From Candidatus Heimdallarchaeum aukensis (lineage in GTDB: Archaea; Asgardarchaeota; Heimdallarchaeia; Heimdallarchaeales; Heimdallarchaeaceae), in NCBI GenBank assembly GCA_021513695.1, contig CP084166.1, positions 1,248,001-1,312,000 of the forward strand: a DNA stretch of 64,000 nucleotides. The letters are read 5' to 3'. Below are positions 59,006-64,000 of this stretch, piece by piece (positions within the stretch are counted from its first letter, which is position 1; each line of letters begins with the position of its first letter). A program made the translations under genes and the position numbers. The notes beneath the pieces were generated by a model. The model saw only the letters and a program-made list of their open reading frames with translations, did not search any database and was not told the origin of the DNA.

Positions 59006-59290
59006 TTATTTGAATCTCTTTTTCTTTTGCTTTCTTTTTTTCTTAGGCTGAAGAGAATATAATATTGTTTCAGGAGATAGATACTCTTGAGCTCCTTCTT
59101 TTAATTTTACGCTTACGTAAGGAGCTTTTACAGGACCAAAAATATCATTTACAACCCCTATATGGACCATTTTCTCTGTTACTACTGCGCTACCTATTTT
59201 AGGAAGTTTATCTGGAGATTTAATAATCAAATTTCCAAGATCACTAATGTGAAGGAATCTTCCTAATTTTTTGATTGGAGGGGCACTCAT
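59006..59290 (-). CDS. gar1: H/ACA ribonucleoprotein complex subunit Gar1
   Basis: KLGRFLHIS ... IGSAVVTEKMVHIGVVNDIFGPVKAPYVSVK matches the Gar1 core. Confidence 0.75.
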   Translation of the reverse strand: MSAPPIKKLGRFLHISDLGNLIIKSPDKLPKIGSAVVTEKMVHIGVVNDIFGPVKAPYVSVKLKEGAQEYLSPETILYSLQPKKKRKQKKKRFK

Positions 59291-59296
59291 CTGTAA

Positions 59297-59623
59297 TCAC
59301 TTTTTCTTTTTTGGTTTTCCAGTTTGTTGTTTTTTCTTTAGTTTTCTTGCTATACTTGCAACATTATTAATTAATTCAGATTTATTTTTTACAGATTCTG
59401 GGTTTATTAGTATTCTTCCTTCACTATTCCACCAATTCTTAGAATATTTTTTTTCTTTTTCAACTATATGATCATAATTAAGATGTTTACATGCGAAAGC
59501 TATTTTTGCTAGAGAACAATCATCTACTGCCTTGTTTTTTGGTACTTTTCTTCCTTGATTTCGCGTAAGTTTCTTGTCAAAATATTCAGGATATAGGACG
59601 AAATACCTCTTTCTACGAAGCAT
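59297..59623 (-). CDS. srp19: Signal recognition particle protein SRP19
   Basis: YFVLYPEYFDKKLTRNQGRKVPK matches the SRP19 (Sec65) signature. Confidence 0.8.
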   Translation of the reverse strand: MLRRKRYFVLYPEYFDKKLTRNQGRKVPKNKAVDDCSLAKIAFACKHLNYDHIVEKEKKYSKNWWNSEGRILINPESVKNKSELINNVASIARKLKKKQQTGKPKKKK

Positions 59624-59743
59624 GATAAAAGTTTTGAAACTTTGCTAATAATCTTTTGGGTACTGAACCTAACCTTATTCACTAACAAAAAATCACAAAA
59701 AAGTTAATTCAATTAAAAAAGAAGAGAATAACATAGTTGGTAA

Positions 59744-60211
59744 TCATTTGATAAATTGTATTTCTTCTTCGATATAGTCAAATTCCTCAAATTTGAACTT
59801 CATTTTTTCTTGTTCTTCATGATTTATATCTTCAGAATAGATTAGCCATTCATTAAAAGCTTTGCATAATATTGGGTTGACGGGATTATTAATGCTGCAT
59901 TCGTGAATACGCTCACAAGTAAAGCATCTACAAACCATTGTGTCCCATCCTGTTTCTTCTTTACGAGGAATTGTGAGTAAATAATCTTTAACATTACCAA
60001 TTTCAACTGGGATTTTTAGGATTTTATTGTTATAAAGGAGTTCATCAATTTTCAATTTAATTGTTGAATGATCACCCAGTAAATCAAGTACTTCACTATG
60101 GAGCAATTTTTTCTCTTTTGTTAATTCGATTAGCTCAATAATTTCTTCTCCCAAAGCATTACTATAGCTTTGTTCTACCTTAATTCTTTGTTTAGGAATC
60201 ATAATTCTCAC
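59744..60211 (-). CDS. Hypothetical winged-helix protein with Cys cluster (CRCFTCERIHEC)
   Basis: 155 aa; wH-like N-terminus and a C-terminal Cys cluster (cluster/metal-binding). Lies among translation/transcription genes and could be TFE-beta-like, but this is unsupported. Confidence 0.35.
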   Translation of the reverse strand: MRIMIPKQRIKVEQSYSNALGEEIIELIELTKEKKLLHSEVLDLLGDHSTIKLKIDELLYNNKILKIPVEIGNVKDYLLTIPRKEETGWDTMVCRCFTCERIHECSINNPVNPILCKAFNEWLIYSEDINHEEQEKMKFKFEEFDYIEEEIQFIK

Positions 60212-60395
60212 TCACAATGTTTTTAGATCACATTCTATGGACTATACTGTCACATAACTACGTTATCTCTTCAAAAGTTACTATGTAATTTACTATATTT
60301 AAATCTTCATACAGATTCAAAAAACGTATGTGTGTTTTATATGCACAGTATTTTGAAACTGCTCAAAAAATATATTTAAAATATTTAGAATAGAA

Positions 60396-61061
60396 ATGAA
60401 CCCTATTTCAATTTATCATTTTAAGCAAAATTTATCATTTAATAATTTAACAACAACAAAAGGGAAAGTGACCAAAGTGCCACATGATGCAGATTACTTC
60501 TATGATAAAGCAAAAAAACAAGGTTATCGTTCAAGAGCTTCTTATAAACTCTTGCAAATACATGAGAAATTTCATATTTTCAAAAAAAATCAGATAGTTG
60601 TCGATCTTGGCGCATCTCCAGGAGGATGGACTCAAGTTGCATCAGAAAAAGTAGGCAATAATGGTTTAGTTATTGCAATAGATAAAGCCTATATTCCTCC
60701 TTTAAATCTAAAAAACGTGGAAATTTTACAGATGGATATAATGAATGAAATAATAAGTGAATACTTGAAAGACAGATATGGGTTGGTAGATGTTTTATTA
60801 AGTGATTGTGCGCCTAATGTAAGCGGAAAATGGTCTCTTGACCATTCAATTCAAATTATGCTCGCAGAAAGAGCACTAAGAATAGCTGAAGATATCCTGA
60901 AAGACGAAGGTTGGATAGTTGTCAAAGTTTTTCAAGGAGATCAATTTGCTAATTTTATCTCTTATGCAAAAAAAGTCTTCACTACAGTAAAATTATTCAA
61001 ACCACAAGCTTCAAGAAAGAAAAGCGCAGAAATTTATCTGGTTGCAAATACTAAAAGCTAA
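60396..61061 (+). CDS. rlmE: Ribosomal RNA large subunit methyltransferase E (FtsJ/RlmE)
   Basis: GYRSRASYKL, VVDLGASPGGWTQVA, LSDCAPNVSG. Confidence 0.85.
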   Translation: MNPISIYHFKQNLSFNNLTTTKGKVTKVPHDADYFYDKAKKQGYRSRASYKLLQIHEKFHIFKKNQIVVDLGASPGGWTQVASEKVGNNGLVIAIDKAYIPPLNLKNVEILQMDIMNEIISEYLKDRYGLVDVLLSDCAPNVSGKWSLDHSIQIMLAERALRIAEDILKDEGWIVVKVFQGDQFANFISYAKKVFTTVKLFKPQASRKKSAEIYLVANTKS

Positions 61062-61081
61062 AGACAAAGAGAGATATAAAT

Positions 61082-62263
61082 ATGAATAAGGAATTATGGG
61101 TTGAAATTAAAGAGGGAAAAACATCTTTCTTTCTAAAGAAAGATTCTGAAACTATCTATGATGCTTCTGTTTTTTACAACCCTAAAATGTCTATAAATAG
61201 AGATTTAGCTCTTTTGCATCTTTATACGATTGGAAATATAACAAAAAAAGGATTAATCATTATTGACCCTTTTGCAGGCTCAGGAATTAGAAGCTTTAGG
61301 ATAATTAATGAGCTTCCTAAAGAATATGTTAAGAAAATAATAATTTCAGATATAAGCGACAGAGCAATTAAGAATGTGAAATTAAATATTGAAAAGTTAT
61401 TCAATGACAAAAGAATTGTTGTTCATCGTGAAGATGCATTTAACATTATAGCTAAACAAATTTTAGATAAAGAAAATATTGATGTTATTGATCTTGACCC
61501 ATTTGGGACACCTATTTCATTTATTGATATAGCTGTTAGAGCTTTGGTAAAAAAAAGCGGATATTTGTTTTTAACTGCAACAGATCATCAAGTTTTGTGC
61601 GGTAAAGAGAAATCTACTTGTTTAAGAGAATATAACAGCAATTCAACAAATAATTATCTGTGTCATGAAATAGCTTTAAGGATTCTAATTTACAATATTT
61701 TGACAAGTTCTGGACGAATTGGTGCGTATGCTGAACCTATACTAGCTCTGCAATTTGAACATTTTTTCAGAATTCACGTAAGAATTGAAAAAGGAAAAAA
61801 AAGAGCAAATGAACAACATAAGGAGATAGGTTTTGTTTATGTTTGTGCTTATTGTAGTTTTTTTGAAACAGAGAGATTAAAAGAAAAAAAGAATTTACAA
61901 AAATGTCCAACATGTAACAAAGAGCTAGAAAAAGTAGGGCCTTTATGGCTAGGGCCTTTAGGAAATAAGAAAAAGGTAGGGGATCTTCTCAACTTTTTAG
62001 ATGAAATTGAATTTGAGCATAATAACAAGAAAAAAATTAATTTAATGTTATCAACATTCAAAGAAGAGATTGAACTCCCTCCAATGTTCTACAACTTACC
62101 TTTTTTATACAAAAAATATAAGAAAAATGGTGTTTCTCCTAATGAAATGATAAACAGATTAGAAAAAAGAGGATATAAGACCACAAGAACAATCTTCGAT
62201 TTTCAATCAATAAGAACAGAGGCACCATATTACGTTGTACATAATGAAATAAAGAAATTATAA
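61082..62263 (+). CDS. trm1: tRNA (guanine26-N2)-dimethyltransferase Trm1
   Basis: FYNPKMSINRDLALL, IIDPFAGSGIRSFR, C-terminal CAYC ... CPTC zinc finger. Confidence 0.85.
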   Translation: MNKELWVEIKEGKTSFFLKKDSETIYDASVFYNPKMSINRDLALLHLYTIGNITKKGLIIIDPFAGSGIRSFRIINELPKEYVKKIIISDISDRAIKNVKLNIEKLFNDKRIVVHREDAFNIIAKQILDKENIDVIDLDPFGTPISFIDIAVRALVKKSGYLFLTATDHQVLCGKEKSTCLREYNSNSTNNYLCHEIALRILIYNILTSSGRIGAYAEPILALQFEHFFRIHVRIEKGKKRANEQHKEIGFVYVCAYCSFFETERLKEKKNLQKCPTCNKELEKVGPLWLGPLGNKKKVGDLLNFLDEIEFEHNNKKKINLMLSTFKEEIELPPMFYNLPFLYKKYKKNGVSPNEMINRLEKRGYKTTRTIFDFQSIRTEAPYYVVHNEIKKL

Positions 62264-62265
62264 GG

Positions 62266-62943
62266 GTGATATTAATTCAAAAAATAATAGTAGGAATAGA
62301 TGAAGCTGGACGAGGACCAGTGCTAGGACCACTAGTCATTTGCGCCTATGCAATTGAAAAAAAAGATTTAGATCAATTACAAATTTTAGGGGCAAAAGAT
62401 TCAAAGATGCTATCTAAAAGCAAGAGAACAGATCTATATCAGAAATTAATTGATATTGCTGTTGATTATAAGACTATCCACCTATCTGCATCGGAAATTG
62501 ATGAAATGAGAAAAAATACAAGTTTAAATGATATTGAACAAAAAATTATGATAAAAGCTGTATTAGGATTAAAGGTTAAACCTTCAGAAATATACATTGA
62601 TGCAGCAGATGTAAAAGAAGAAAGGTTTGGTCTACTATTTAAGAACTATTTTCCAAAAGCTAAAATAGTCTCAAAACATGGAGCAGATAAAACCTTTCCT
62701 GTTGTTTCTGCCGCATCTATTATAGCTAAAGTAGAACGAGATAGAGAAATTGAAAAAATAAAAGAAGAAACAGGAGTTAACATTGGTTCAGGCTATCCTT
62801 CGGATCCTAAAACAAAGAAATTCTTAAATGAATATTATAAGAAACATAAAAAATTCCCTTCTTTTGCTAGAGAATCATGGGATACATGCAAAAAAATAAA
62901 AGAAAAGGATGTACAACAAGCTAAAATAAACGAATACCTTTAG
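62266..62943 (+). CDS. rnhB: Ribonuclease HII
   Basis: IVGIDEAGRGPVLGPLVICA N-terminal catalytic motif. Confidence 0.85.
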   Translation: MILIQKIIVGIDEAGRGPVLGPLVICAYAIEKKDLDQLQILGAKDSKMLSKSKRTDLYQKLIDIAVDYKTIHLSASEIDEMRKNTSLNDIEQKIMIKAVLGLKVKPSEIYIDAADVKEERFGLLFKNYFPKAKIVSKHGADKTFPVVSAASIIAKVERDREIEKIKEETGVNIGSGYPSDPKTKKFLNEYYKKHKKFPSFARESWDTCKKIKEKDVQQAKINEYL

Positions 62944-62954
62944 AGATGTGATTA

Positions 62955-63590
62955 ATGGACGAAAAAAATTTAGAAGAATCCTCTATTGAAGATTTTTGGA
63001 AGAAAAGTTCTCCGACCAGAGATTTAATAATTGTTTTCACTGTTATTTACCTGATTCTTACAATATTATCACTAACTTTTTTTGTAGACACAGGATATAC
63101 TGGCATTGTCAAAGTAATTTCAATTAGTCGAATCGTCTTAGAATGGACAGGACAGTATAATTTGTTAGTATTTAAAGGGTACATTTACGAGCTATTTAGC
63201 GCAATTTTTGTTCATGCGAATTTATTACATTTATTATCTAATCTCTTATTCTTCCTAATTTATGGATTAAGAGCAGATGAGAGACTATATACAAAACATT
63301 TTTACATCATATTTATTTTCTCTGCATTATTAGGAAATCTATTTACTCTAGTAGTTTATCCAGTAAATACTGTTTCTTGTGGAGCTTCAGGAGGTGTTTT
63401 TGGGTTACTTGGAGCTGACTTGATTCTGGCTTATGAAGAGGATGAAAACAGATCAATTTGGACTTATCTGGCTTCAGGTGCTATATTTTTATTTATATCT
63501 GCAGGAGTAAATGTGAATAGTTTAGCGCACGGTATTGGACTAGTTTCTGGAATAATATTAACCCTTTTTATTATTAAAAAGAGAAAGTGA
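62955..63590 (+). CDS. Rhomboid family intramembrane serine protease
   Basis: GASGGVFGLLGA (GxSG in TM4) and AHGIGLVSG (His in TM6); six TM helices. Confidence 0.75.
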   Translation: MDEKNLEESSIEDFWKKSSPTRDLIIVFTVIYLILTILSLTFFVDTGYTGIVKVISISRIVLEWTGQYNLLVFKGYIYELFSAIFVHANLLHLLSNLLFFLIYGLRADERLYTKHFYIIFIFSALLGNLFTLVVYPVNTVSCGASGGVFGLLGADLILAYEEDENRSIWTYLASGAIFLFISAGVNVNSLAHGIGLVSGIILTLFIIKKRK

Positions 63591-63695
63591 AAGAAAGCAG
63601 TTTAATTTTAAATAAACAAGCCAAAGTAGATTTAAATAGCCTAGTACAAACAGAAGATTTATTTGTTTAAATTGGATTAGAAACTAAGATTCAAG

Positions 63696-64000
63696 ATGAT
63701 TCCGTACCATGTACAAGTTTTGTTAACTAATGTACCAAACATCGAAGAAGTGTCAATCAAAGAACTTATCGAATTAGATGTGAAAAAAATTAAAGGTATT
63801 GGTGACAAATATGCAAAGGTCTTGTACAGAAAAGGAATCAAGAAAGTAAAAGATTTAGCAAAGTTAGATTCTCAAGAAATAGATTTACCCGAAAAAATAG
63901 TTACTAAATGGATAGTTGCTGCAAGAATTATCGTTAATTCACAAAAAGTTCGCAGAACTGGAAAAATTATTTTCTCAGGTCTATCTCAAGCTGGAAAAAC
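63696..64000 (+). CDS. HhH domain fused to an Arf-like small GTPase. Partial: the 3' end lies beyond the window.
   Basis: IKGIGDKYAKVLYRKGIKKVKDLAKLD HhH, then GKIIFSGLSQAGK (start of an Arf-like G1) at the window edge. Confidence 0.5.
   Translation, partial: MIPYHVQVLLTNVPNIEEVSIKELIELDVKKIKGIGDKYAKVLYRKGIKKVKDLAKLDSQEIDLPEKIVTKWIVAARIIVNSQKVRRTGKIIFSGLSQAGK

Overview
This is a low-GC (~30%), gene-dense archaeal chromosome segment with roughly 60 protein-coding genes and no rRNA, tRNA or CRISPR that I could detect. The gene content reads like an Asgard-type (Lokiarchaeia-like) genome; the organism call is an inference from gene content and composition.

The archaeal assignment rests on these genes:
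- A class III (archaeal type IV pilin-like) signal peptide on the first gene.
- An operon of archaeal-type HMG-CoA synthase, thiolase and a DUF35 protein.
- An operon for archaetidylserine synthase and decarboxylase.
- Ribosomal protein S8e, Gar1, SRP19, Trm1, a pyrrolidone-carboxylate peptidase, and HypA/HypB.
- Shine-Dalgarno-like GGAGG/AAGGAG motifs upstream of many starts.

The window is unusually rich in eukaryote-like small GTPases (six in 64 kb):
- Three genes encode Arf/Sar1-family GTPases fused to a C-terminal roadblock/longin-like domain: one after a 766-aa helical protein, and two in tandem where the second has a degenerate switch II, resembling a Rag/Gtr-like pair.
- Two genes encode paralogous MglA-like GTPases. 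One sits immediately upstream of an actin-fold (MreB/ParM-like) ATPase.
- A sixth GTPase gene, partial at the window end, encodes an HhH domain fused to an Arf-like GTPase.

Other notable elements:
- A 110-bp MITE-like element has perfect 11-bp terminal inverted repeats and 6-bp flanking direct repeats. It is present in two copies, both next to the MglA-like genes.
- A perfect 4185-bp tandem duplication (approximately 46101-50285 and 50286-54470) duplicates the N-terminal 606 codons of an S8 subtilase plus the HMG-CoA synthase and thiolase genes. It truncates one protease copy and alters the C-terminus of one thiolase copy. This may be an assembly artifact.
- A three-gene operon encodes a 1005-aa HerA/DUF87-like ATPase carrying an array of CxxC...C..H zinc-ribbon repeats, a P-loop kinase and an APH-like kinase.
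- One gene fuses a ribosomal protein L35Ae domain to an N-terminal HhH domain and a K/P-rich linker. An HhH module of similar sequence recurs in two other genes.
- Several repetitive or coiled-coil proteins are present.

All calls come from reading the translated ORFs and the DNA directly. No database searches were run.
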